The notes beneath the pieces are model-generated. The model saw nothing but the letters and a program-made list of their open reading frames with translations. It was not told the DNA's origin and ran no database searches. From IMG/VR virus record IMGVR_UViG_3300032332_001510, positions 13,646-77,645 of that record: a stretch of 64,000 nucleotides of DNA. One strand, written 5' to 3'. Source of the stretch: a virus. Its lineage: Duplodnaviria > Caudoviricetes. This document shows positions 37,033-45,550 of this stretch, one piece after another. Position 1 is the stretch's first letter; each line of letters starts with the position of its first letter. The position numbers were made by a program, and so were the translations under genes.

Positions 37033-37443
37033 TAAACAGTTTAGCCAATTTGCTATGCTTTTTATTAGGAATAACCTTAGGCTTAAATGGGCTATTCACA
37101 AACAGTGGTTTATGCGCCCTAGCATCGGGCTTGCTGGCTTTTTGCATTGCCAATACCAAGTGCAGTTTAGTTTTCATAATTGTGCCTCAACCCACAATTG
37201 CTGTTTCAGTTTATTATTCAAGTTATTAAATACCTTGAAAAAACTATTGCAAACCAAATCCTTTGGCTGAGTTTGCAATTGTTTTTTCAAGAGGCTAATA
37301 ACGGCTAGTTGTGCGCGAGTAGTTTTCATCTGTTTGCTCTGCGTTGCGTCCATGTAGAGAATTATACACGCTTCAACAGACTATGCAAGCGACCAGGGTG
37401 CGACATATTGACGCAGGGATTTTAGTATGATTATAGATCCTAG

Positions 37444-37547
37444 TAGGGTAACCCCTAGTGTTGTATTTTTGCACGCGGCCTTGACACGGCCCCAAATTAT
37501 ATGCTATAATTTGGCGCCAGCGGTGTTGTTTTTTTTTTTGCAACACC
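37444..37547. promoter_or_regulatory. repeated palindrome/promoter element
   Basis: TAGGGTAACCCCTA, TGTTGTATTTTT, TTGACA-18-TATAAT (37481-37510), GGCGCC, GGTGTTG..CAACACC hairpin. Confidence 0.85.
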
Positions 37548-37555
37548 TGATCGTT

Positions 37556-37762
37556 TTAAATTACATAATTAACAATGCCTATGCAATTGGCAATTAAGAA
37601 TGCGCCATTTAATGTACCCAATGCTTTATCCCTACGCATTAGTGCAATTGTCAGCCAGGATATTGATCCGGTAATAAAGCAGATATATCCCCAATCCATT
37701 ATGCCCATTGCAACCAGAAAAGATCCCGCTATGCTGGTGATAGTGCCAATCCATGCTAACAT
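37556..37762 (-). CDS. small multi-pass membrane protein
   Basis: three hydrophobic segments. Confidence 0.65.
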   Translation of the reverse strand: MLAWIGTITSIAGSFLVAMGIMDWGYICFITGSISWLTIALMRRDKALGTLNGAFLIANCIGIVNYVI

Positions 37763-38124
37763 TATAATTCCATGTCGTGATAAGTATTAGGGGTCGCGCC
37801 ATAGTTTAGCATAATATCTTGCCAAGATTTACCATGCCAACGATTACCTGCTGGTGTGCCATTAAGATTATAGTCAACCTGATGCGCTATTTCATGGACC
37901 ATGATCTCAGCCAACATTCTATCATAATTGCGATTAAAAAATTTAGTACCAAGATCTATTACGTTAGCTTCCATAAAGCAACGGCCCGCGGTCTTGGTCA
38001 GTCTGTTATTAAGTTTAATAACGGGCATTGGAAATAGTGTAAGCCTAGTGTAGATGTTAGTATAACGAACCCATATCTTAGCCGCTTCAGCCTGAATCGT
38101 GGCATTTAATGTGTTGGCATTCAT
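37762..38124 (-). CDS. SprT family metalloprotease-like protein
   Basis: NNRLTKTAG, VHEIAH, HGKSWQ..M. Confidence 0.8.
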   Translation of the reverse strand: MNANTLNATIQAEAAKIWVRYTNIYTRLTLFPMPVIKLNNRLTKTAGRCFMEANVIDLGTKFFNRNYDRMLAEIMVHEIAHQVDYNLNGTPAGNRWHGKSWQDIMLNYGATPNTYHDMEL

Positions 38125-38148
38125 GGGTTCGTTATCCTACAAAATCAA

Positions 38149-38478
38149 TTACAGAGGTTTGCTATTAGCCAATGCTTCAAAGATCGCTTTTAATGCGCTC
38201 TTATTAGCCTTAGTTAGCGATTCTACGTCATTCTCAGGCAAGCGAAGGATCGCGCCAATTGCATCAGCGTGTGCATCCTTTTTAACAACGGGTTCTCCCG
38301 TTTTGGTTTTGTATTCTTTTTTCTGGTATACGCCCTCGCGGGAAAGTTTTGCAACAATGCTACGAACGGATTTACCCATTGCCATAGCCAATGCTTCAAC
38401 GCTAACACCAGACTGGTAGTCAGCGACCAGAGTCAGGGTTTGCTCTGGGGTATAGTTTACCATTTTTTCTGAGGCCAT
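38149..38478 (-). CDS. T5 A2-like DNA-binding protein (paralog 4)
   Basis: SVRSIVAKLSREGVYQKK...KKDAHAD.I...ESL.KA; AAGGAG RBS. Confidence 0.72.
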   Translation of the reverse strand: MASEKMVNYTPEQTLTLVADYQSGVSVEALAMAMGKSVRSIVAKLSREGVYQKKEYKTKTGEPVVKKDAHADAIGAILRLPENDVESLTKANKSALKAIFEALANSKPL

Positions 38479-38960
38479 TTTGCGTACTCCTTAGTGCGCT
38501 GTTTCGATGTAGTAATTATAGGCTAGTCAGCCGCACAATGCAAGCCCAAAATCACAAGCTCGTTAGACTATTTTGTTATAGACACAGACTGACTTATAAC
38601 AAATGAGCATGAGCGACTTACTTGCGCGGGCCTAGAATTTTGTGGTATAATATCCTGCGCGGATTCCGTTCTCTTGCCGCAAATTATTATAATTTGTGAT
38701 ATAGTTATAGGCTATGATATGAATAGGGCGGTTATTAGACATTATATTTTGTATAACGATATTGGCCCACCCACACGGCCAACTTTAAGAAAATCTCCAC
38801 AAAACTTTCGGTGCCAAACTACATCATAAGTATGCGCATTATACCTAAAAACGCCAACCATAACATAAATCCGTATACTAATACCGCTAACAACCAACCT
38901 TTTATAATTACTATTAATATTAAAATAGCTAATACTAAACCAATTAAAATTTGCATATAA

Positions 38961-39110
38961 TTACCAATGATGTATTACACCCAGCACAATTACTAAATTT
39001 GTCAACAAATAGCTTAACACTATAAGGGTTCTAATCCAACAAACTACGTCAGCCTCACTATCAGTCAAACCATACTTGTCGCCTAATGCCTTTGCCCACA
39101 GTCTCCACAC
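38961..39110 (-). CDS. 49-aa membrane protein (absent from ORF track)
   Basis: MWRLWAKALGDK...WIRTLIV...TNLVIVLGVIHHW; GGAGA RBS. Confidence 0.65.
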   Translation of the reverse strand: MWRLWAKALGDKYGLTDSEADVVCWIRTLIVLSYLLTNLVIVLGVIHHW

Positions 39111-39245
39111 TATATTCTCCCAAAAACAATATTATATCACTAAAACTAAACAAATTCAAGAAAATTTTTTCAAACACCACAAAATATTCGTAACTTGACA
39201 CTGCTGCCCTAAAGTGTTATACTCTAGTAAACTGGAGGGGTAACC

Positions 39246-39398
39246 ATGGAAATTATCGAACTAATGCTAAAAGCTTGGCCAGTATTTGTGGCCTTTATTA
39301 TGATTGTGGTCCTTTTCGCCAAAGCAGACATGCGCCTAGGCGTGTTGGAAGACAAAGTAAAAACCCTATTCGACCTGTACAATAAGTCTGGCAAATAA
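39246..39398 (+). CDS. small membrane protein (holin-like, tentative)
   Basis: One TM helix plus basic tail; GGAGG RBS; promoter TTGACA-17-TATACT near 39197. Confidence 0.5.
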   Translation: MEIIELMLKAWPVFVAFIMIVVLFAKADMRLGVLEDKVKTLFDLYNKSGK

Positions 39399-39400
39399 CT

Positions 39401-40189
39401 GTGGCACACTACCGCGCCATTTTTATCAGTGACGTGCACTTAGGTACCAAAGCTAGTAAAGCTGAGTATTTGAGTAGTTTCCTAAAAACCAATACCTGCG
39501 ATGAACTTTACTTGGTAGGCGATATTATCGATGGTTGGAAGGTCAAGCAAAATAAGTTACGCTGGACTAATCAACACACCAATGTAGTCAGACACGTTTT
39601 AGCCAAAGCCAATCGTGAAAAGACCCGAGTAGTCTATGTAGCCGGTAATCACGACGAGTTTCTTAGACCACTAATCACCTATGGATTACAATTTGGTCGT
39701 ATAGAGGTGGTAAACCAGTGTGAATACGTAGACTTTAATGGTCGCCGCTGGTTAGTAACTCACGGCGATATGTTTGACGGCATTACACGCCTAGCACCTT
39801 GGTTAGCTTGGTTAGGTGACAGTGCTTATGACTTCGTACTAGGTTTAAACACACACTTTAATCAGTGGCGGCATCGTTTAGGCTTTGGCTACTGGAGTCT
39901 ATCACAGTGGCTAAAGTCTCGAGTAAAGCGCGCAGTAGATTTTATCTTTAAGTTCGAGCAAACTATTACCCAGTATGCACACAAGCGCAAGTTTTTTGGT
40001 GTAATCTGTGGTCATATTCATCAGGCTGAAATTAAACTGGTCGGTGATATTGGCTATATGAATAGTGGCGATTGGGTTGAAAGCTGCACTGCACTGGTAG
40101 AGCATGAAAATGGTGTGTGGGAAATAATTACTTGGAGGCCTAAAGATGTGGTTACTAATCATCTTAGCAGTACATCAGATGGACCCTAA
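39401..40189 (+). CDS. plcP: PlcP-like metallophosphoesterase (LpxH/UDP-2,3-diacylglucosamine hydrolase-like)
   Basis: FISDVHLG, YLVGDIIDGW, GNHDEFLR, HGDMFD, LGDSAYD, YWSLS, ICGHIH, YMNSGDWVESCTA. Confidence 0.8.
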   Translation: MAHYRAIFISDVHLGTKASKAEYLSSFLKTNTCDELYLVGDIIDGWKVKQNKLRWTNQHTNVVRHVLAKANREKTRVVYVAGNHDEFLRPLITYGLQFGRIEVVNQCEYVDFNGRRWLVTHGDMFDGITRLAPWLAWLGDSAYDFVLGLNTHFNQWRHRLGFGYWSLSQWLKSRVKRAVDFIFKFEQTITQYAHKRKFFGVICGHIHQAEIKLVGDIGYMNSGDWVESCTALVEHENGVWEIITWRPKDVVTNHLSSTSDGP

Positions 40190-40319
40190 GGACGTGCCAG
40201 GCCGGGTAACCTTAGAATTCCGTACAGAACAGGAATGCTTGGCTGCACAACATAGCCTACAGTACCAGCTTAAGTTTCCACAATTTAGGGTTATAGCACA
40301 ATGTCAAAAACAATATTAA
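40146..40319 (+). CDS. 57-aa hypothetical protein (absent from ORF track)
   Basis: MWLLIILAVH...F.TEQEC.AA...AQC. Confidence 0.5.
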   Translation: MWLLIILAVHQMDPKDVPGRVTLEFRTEQECLAAQHSLQYQLKFPQFRVIAQCQKQY

Positions 40320-41302
40320 TAGTAACTGATAATGAGCCCCAGCAAATTAACGGCGTGGTTACAACGTTCCACAACCTGGAACGTTGGGCAGATCGCCATG
40401 GCTACGAGTTTGTATATTGTGATCCCCGGCAGTTCCCTAATTGTGGCGCTCCTGGCTATGGCGATATTAGGCTATCGTGGCCTAGTAAAATTGGCCAAAT
40501 ACTTGAGGGGATAAACCCTGATTACGTACATATTGCGACGGAGGGGCCGCTGGGGCTAGCAGCCCGTTGCTGGATGGATCGGCATGGTTGGCGATATAAT
40601 ACCAGCTATCATACTAAAATACCAGAAGCCTTAAAACGCTACTATGGCATACCAGAATCTTGGACTTATCGTTACCTGCGCTGGTTTCACAAGCACAGTG
40701 GCAAGGTTTTAGCTACTACGGTCAGCATGGTAGACGAGCTTAAGCAACAGGGCTTTTCCGGAACTATTGTGCCCTGGACGCGTGGCGTAGATCGCCAGCA
40801 GTTTTATCCGCTGGAGCATGGGCGTAAAACACCATATCCAACACTCTTATGGGTTGGCAGAGTTGCCCCCGAAAAGTCTTGCGAAGACTTTTGCCAGCTA
40901 GACTACTTGGGTGCTAAAAAGATTGTGGTTGGTGATGGGCCACAACTAAAGTATTTAGCGGCAAAATATCCTGAAGTCCAATTTGTGGGTATGCAAACCG
41001 GCGATGCACTAGCCAGCTACTATCAACAAGCAGATTGCTTGGTTTTTACCAGTCGCTGGGATACTTTTGGTATAGTAATGTTAGAGGCCATGGCGTGTGG
41101 TACACCTGTGGCAGCTTACCCAGTTTGTGGTCCCAAAGACGTTATTGAACTAGACAGAACTGGCTATACTAGTCCAGATCTTAAATTAGCCGTGGCACGT
41201 GCACTGGCAATTCCCCGTCACGTAGTAGTCGTAGCCAGCTATCGTTGGTCGTGGGAAAAATGCTGGCAGATATTTGAATATAATCTAGTAAGGAGACTGT
41301 AA
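40301..41302 (+). CDS. GT4 glycosyltransferase (Agt-like)
   Basis: LIVTD...QINGVVTT, HIATEGPLG, WTRGVD, VGRVAPEK, DTFGIVMLEAMACGTPVAAY. Confidence 0.85.
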   Translation: MSKTILIVTDNEPQQINGVVTTFHNLERWADRHGYEFVYCDPRQFPNCGAPGYGDIRLSWPSKIGQILEGINPDYVHIATEGPLGLAARCWMDRHGWRYNTSYHTKIPEALKRYYGIPESWTYRYLRWFHKHSGKVLATTVSMVDELKQQGFSGTIVPWTRGVDRQQFYPLEHGRKTPYPTLLWVGRVAPEKSCEDFCQLDYLGAKKIVVGDGPQLKYLAAKYPEVQFVGMQTGDALASYYQQADCLVFTSRWDTFGIVMLEAMACGTPVAAYPVCGPKDVIELDRTGYTSPDLKLAVARALAIPRHVVVVASYRWSWEKCWQIFEYNLVRRL

Positions 41303-41622
41303 TGAGTGATGAAAAACTGCAAGAAGCACATGCCAAAGGTCAGCTAATTGAAAAGATTAGCTTTGCACTGCTACCACTGTTATTTACCTGCGTAGTCTAC
41401 TTAATGACTGCACTGCAAAACCTACAACACGACGTTACCATCTTAAACGGTAAAATTAGCTTAGTGGTAACCAGCGATAATAAGCAGGCTACTAATACTG
41501 GTGCTGAATTAGCACGTGAAAAACTGCGCCAAGATTTAGAAAAAGAAATCCAGGCAAATCGTGACTTTATCCACTTAAATCGTGAACGTATTGTTATCCT
41601 AGAAGAAAAGACAAGAAAATGA
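41302..41622 (+). CDS. membrane protein with coiled coil
   Basis: single TM segment followed by heptad-rich tail. Confidence 0.6.
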   Translation: MSDEKLQEAHAKGQLIEKISFALLPLLFTCVVYLMTALQNLQHDVTILNGKISLVVTSDNKQATNTGAELAREKLRQDLEKEIQANRDFIHLNRERIVILEEKTRK

Positions 41623-42101
41623 ACCTGACCCCAACCAGTGCACCTGCAGAGGTACTGGAAATTTCACCAGAAGCACTGGAAGTAGCCAACTGTTACTTGC
41701 AGTGCCAAGATGCTCGTGCCGTAGCAGATAACCTATGTTTACCAGTTGAGTCGGTATCAGGAATCCTTGCCCGCCGCGAGGTCAAAGCCTATATTAACCA
41801 GGTATTTTTTGACCTAGGCTTTAACAACCGTTTCAAGATGCGCAGTGCTATGGACGCAGTCTTAAAACGCAAGTTTCAGGAAATGGAAGAGGCGGATGTA
41901 GGCTCAAACAAAGACATTGCTGAATTGCTAGCATTATCACATAAAATGTCAATGGAACTACTAGATCGCGAGATTCAACTGGAAAAGCTGCGTGCCGAGC
42001 GTGCTGGACCTAAATCGCAAGTAAATGTGCAGATCAATGAAGGCGGAGACGGAACTAAATACGGAGCACTTATTTCACGGCTCCTAGGAGACAAACTATA
42101 A
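41619..42101 (+). CDS. terS: terminase small subunit (T5-like)
   Basis: ISPEALEVAN.YL...; directly upstream of terL. Confidence 0.8.
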   Translation: MNLTPTSAPAEVLEISPEALEVANCYLQCQDARAVADNLCLPVESVSGILARREVKAYINQVFFDLGFNNRFKMRSAMDAVLKRKFQEMEEADVGSNKDIAELLALSHKMSMELLDREIQLEKLRAERAGPKSQVNVQINEGGDGTKYGALISRLLGDKL

Positions 42102-43390
42102 TGCTTAAAGTTTCTAGACCCGATGTAGACTGCGATGAAATCACAGAGTTTCCACTTGAAAGCCGTTTTATTAAACTGCCTATTACTAACTACTTGAAGC
42201 TGTTAGGTGCTTGGGATTCAATGAATCGTCCACAGATTGCCCTAATCAACGCTATTAACGACCCTAAATACCGCTTTGTTTGCGCTGCACTAGCCAGGCG
42301 ACTAGGCAAAACCTATATCGCTAACATTATTGCACAACTAGTCTCCTTAGTCCCCAAGTGCAATGTTTTAATCATCTCGCCAAACTATAACTTGAGTTCG
42401 ATTTCATTTGAGCTGCAACGTAAGTTTATCCGTCACTTTGATCTTGAAGTGGAGCGAGATAACTTAAAGGATAAAGTTGTAGAGCTGTCAAACGGCAGCA
42501 CTATACGCATGGGTTCCTTATCGACAGTAGACAGCACAGTTGGCCGCAGTTATCAAATTATCTTATTTGACGAGGCTGCCCTAGGCAGTGACGGTGAGTC
42601 GGCATTTAATGTGCAGCTACGTCCAACTTTGGACAGACCTAATTCAAAAGCCATTTTTATTTCGACACCCCGCGGCCAACAAAACTGGTTTAGTAAATTT
42701 TATCAGCGTGGGTTTAGTGACGACTATCCTGAATGGTGTTCGATTACTGCTGACTACACTGAAAACTCGCGTATGGCTGAATCGGATGTGCAGGAAGCAC
42801 GTCGTAGTATGTCAAAAGCAGAATTTGAACAAGAATACTTAGCCAGCTTTACAGTGTTTGAGGGTCAAATCTATAATTTTAACCGTGAGGCAAGTATTTG
42901 TGAATACCAACACAAAGAAGGTTGTGAGTACATTGCTGGCTGTGATCCCGGCTATCGTGATGCTACTGCTTTCGTGGTTATTAGTTATAATCCTGTTAGT
43001 GACCAGTTTCATATCGTAGATGAGTATTTGCGGAGTGAGGCTACCACAGACAAGCATGCCCAAGCATTTCGCGAGTACTTAGACAAGTGGCAGGTAGAAG
43101 TAGTATTTATTGATAGTGCAGCAGCACAATTTGCTGGTGACCTTGCCTATACTTACAACATTTCTACTACTAAAGCCAAAAAAGATGTCTTGCCCGGTAT
43201 TGCCTATGTGCAAACATTAATAGAAACTAATAGGTTAAAAGTAGCACCACATTGCATAAATGTCCTAGATGTAATGGACCAGTATCGTTGGGATAATCGT
43301 GAAAATACACAGCGTGAGCGCCCAGTACACGATAAATTCTCACACATGGCTGATGCTATCCGTTATGCACTTTACACATATACTATATAG
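42101..43390 (+). CDS. terL: terminase large subunit
   Basis: ARRLGKT Walker A, ILFDEAA, FISTPRG, RNase H-like GCDPG, DAIRY. Confidence 0.95.
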   Translation: MLKVSRPDVDCDEITEFPLESRFIKLPITNYLKLLGAWDSMNRPQIALINAINDPKYRFVCAALARRLGKTYIANIIAQLVSLVPKCNVLIISPNYNLSSISFELQRKFIRHFDLEVERDNLKDKVVELSNGSTIRMGSLSTVDSTVGRSYQIILFDEAALGSDGESAFNVQLRPTLDRPNSKAIFISTPRGQQNWFSKFYQRGFSDDYPEWCSITADYTENSRMAESDVQEARRSMSKAEFEQEYLASFTVFEGQIYNFNREASICEYQHKEGCEYIAGCDPGYRDATAFVVISYNPVSDQFHIVDEYLRSEATTDKHAQAFREYLDKWQVEVVFIDSAAAQFAGDLAYTYNISTTKAKKDVLPGIAYVQTLIETNRLKVAPHCINVLDVMDQYRWDNRENTQRERPVHDKFSHMADAIRYALYTYTI

Positions 43391-43408
43391 GTCATAAAAA
43401 TTTTTACG

Positions 43409-43437
43409 TTGACTTATTAGTGCTAGTAGTGTACAAT
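43409..43437 (+). promoter_or_regulatory. sigma70 promoter upstream of dps/HNH/portal
   Basis: TTGACT-17-TACAAT. Confidence 0.7.
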
Positions 43438-43457
43438 GGCTGTATTATAAAAAATTA

Positions 43458-43910
43458 TTGAGCTCTGGCATGGAAAAATCACAATACTACCTAGAATTAC
43501 AGCGTGTTTTTGCTAGTGAGTTTAGCTTTTATCTTAAAACAGCAAACTTTCACTGGAACGTAGAGGGTCAGCTGTTTTATGAGCTGCACTTAATGTTTGA
43601 GCGCATCTACAACGAAGTATTAGAGTCAATTGATACCTATGCTGAAGAGTTACGCGCACTACAAATTACTACACCAGCCAGCTTAAGTGCTTTTAGTCGA
43701 TTAACCTATATCAGCGATGAAAATATGCCCGGCGACTGGAAGTCTATGGTACAAGAGCTGCTAATGGATTCAGATACAATGGCTATGAAGTTTCAGCAAC
43801 TATTTATGGTTGCTGAAGAATTTGGTGATCACGGATTGTCAAACTTTTTAGCAGATCGCCAGGATGCACACAAAAAGCATAGTTGGATGCTACGTGCTAG
43901 CCTAAAGTAA
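43458..43910 (+). CDS. dps: Dps family ferritin-like protein
   Basis: KTANFHWNVEG..F..LH.MFE..Y......ID..AE...W.LR. Confidence 0.92.
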   Translation: MSSGMEKSQYYLELQRVFASEFSFYLKTANFHWNVEGQLFYELHLMFERIYNEVLESIDTYAEELRALQITTPASLSAFSRLTYISDENMPGDWKSMVQELLMDSDTMAMKFQQLFMVAEEFGDHGLSNFLADRQDAHKKHSWMLRASLK

Positions 43911-44342
43911 ATGGCAAAAAACACAAACAAACGCATACCCGTTAAACACGTTAGAGATAAAGCCAAGTCGGCTTATGAAAAGCAAGATCATTGCTACATC
44001 TGCAACACAAGTCAGGACTTGGAATTACATCATTTGCACAGCGTTACCCTACTCTTAGAAGGCTGGGCTCAACGTATGGGCTATGATATTTCAACTGATG
44101 AGGGAATCTTAGCTGTTAGGGACGAGTTTATTAGTAGTCATCATACAGAGTTATATGAACAGGTTTACACCCTATGTAATCCGCATCATATAGCGCTTCA
44201 TGGTGTGTACGGTAAAACTCCCAAGCCTGGCAGCGAATCCAAACAAGCGCGTTGGATTGAAATTCAACGCGACAAAGTTGCTGGTAGTGATCGTGCAGTT
44301 CCTAAGCAAAGCTATGGAAGTTTCTTTAGCGAATTTTGTTAG
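43911..44342 (+). CDS. HNH nicking endonuclease (T5-like)
   Basis: CYIC...LELHH...TLCNPHH..LH; located between terL and portal as in T5. Confidence 0.8.
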   Translation: MAKNTNKRIPVKHVRDKAKSAYEKQDHCYICNTSQDLELHHLHSVTLLLEGWAQRMGYDISTDEGILAVRDEFISSHHTELYEQVYTLCNPHHIALHGVYGKTPKPGSESKQARWIEIQRDKVAGSDRAVPKQSYGSFFSEFC

Positions 44343-44350
44343 GAAAAAAC

Positions 44351-45538
44351 ATGGGTTTAATTACAGATAGCCTGCAGTGGATTCGCGAAAAGTTGAATCC
44401 TGCACAAGTTAGAATTGCACAGGCTGAGGGTACACATATCCCCTCAACCAGCAAACTTACTTATCAACTAGCATTCAGAAACTTAGAAGTTGTTAATCGT
44501 GCTGTTAACATGGTGGTTAGCGCAGCTAGTTCACTAGATTATGATGTAAAAGATAAAGTAATGGAAGGCGTTGTTAGTGGTATTAGGCAAAAGCAGCTAG
44601 TAACTTTGCTTAATTTTAGACCTAATCCCTATCAAAGCGTACAAGAATTTCGTCAGGCCATTTTTACTGACCTGATCTTAGAAGGTAACGTATTTATACA
44701 TTTTGATGGTGCATTTATGTACCACCTACCTGCTCAATATACAGAAATCCTAACAGATACTAAAACGTTTATACGTGGCTATCGTTATAATGGGTATATT
44801 GACTTTGAAGAAAAAGATGTATTTCATTTTCGCGACTTAAGTTCACAGAGTATTTATCGCGGCGCTAGCAGATTAGAAAGTGCACAACACAGTATTGACT
44901 TGCTGGATTCAATGCATAAATTTCAAACACAGTTTTTTGAAAATGGTGCTACATTTGGTTTTGTACTTACTAGTGATAATACCTTATCGCAAATTGCTAA
45001 AGAAAAAACTATTCAGTACTGGATACAGCGATACAGTACTAAAAGCGGCGGTAAACGACCAGTTATTCTTGATAGTGGATTAAAGCCGCACTCAATTAGC
45101 AATAATAGTTACAAAGATTTAGATTTTGATCAGGCAGTTAAAACACATAATGACTTGCTACTACAAGTAATCGGTGTTCCACCTATTCTTTTAGACGGCG
45201 GTAATAACGCTAATATTTCACCTAATTTGCGATTGTTTTACTTAGAAACAATTATGCCTGTTATCAGAAAATTTATTAGCGCACTAGAACGTTACTATGG
45301 ATATGACGTAGATGCAATTACTAGTAATGTAAGTGCTCTACAACCAGATTTAAAAGACATTGCTACATATCACCAAACACTCGTAAATGGTGGAATTATT
45401 ACACCAAATGAAGCTAGAGTAGAATTGCGATATGCACCTAAAACAGGGTTTGATGATTTACGTGTTCCTGCTAATATTGCTGGCAGTGCTGTAAATCCAG
45501 CACAAGGTGGTCGCCCACCAACTACTCCTACAGAATAA
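44351..45538 (+). CDS. portal protein (HK97 type)
   Basis: RPNPYQ, LILEGN, FFENGA, GVPP.LL, GIITPNEAR. Confidence 0.92.
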   Translation: MGLITDSLQWIREKLNPAQVRIAQAEGTHIPSTSKLTYQLAFRNLEVVNRAVNMVVSAASSLDYDVKDKVMEGVVSGIRQKQLVTLLNFRPNPYQSVQEFRQAIFTDLILEGNVFIHFDGAFMYHLPAQYTEILTDTKTFIRGYRYNGYIDFEEKDVFHFRDLSSQSIYRGASRLESAQHSIDLLDSMHKFQTQFFENGATFGFVLTSDNTLSQIAKEKTIQYWIQRYSTKSGGKRPVILDSGLKPHSISNNSYKDLDFDQAVKTHNDLLLQVIGVPPILLDGGNNANISPNLRLFYLETIMPVIRKFISALERYYGYDVDAITSNVSALQPDLKDIATYHQTLVNGGIITPNEARVELRYAPKTGFDDLRVPANIAGSAVNPAQGGRPPTTPTE

Positions 45539-45550
45539 TCAGGAGAATAT

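Noticed and set aside
33364-38665. Integron with attC cassettes
   Set aside because: There is no integrase in the window, and the repeats lack the RYYYAAC/GTTRRRY attC boxes; they are promoter-based.
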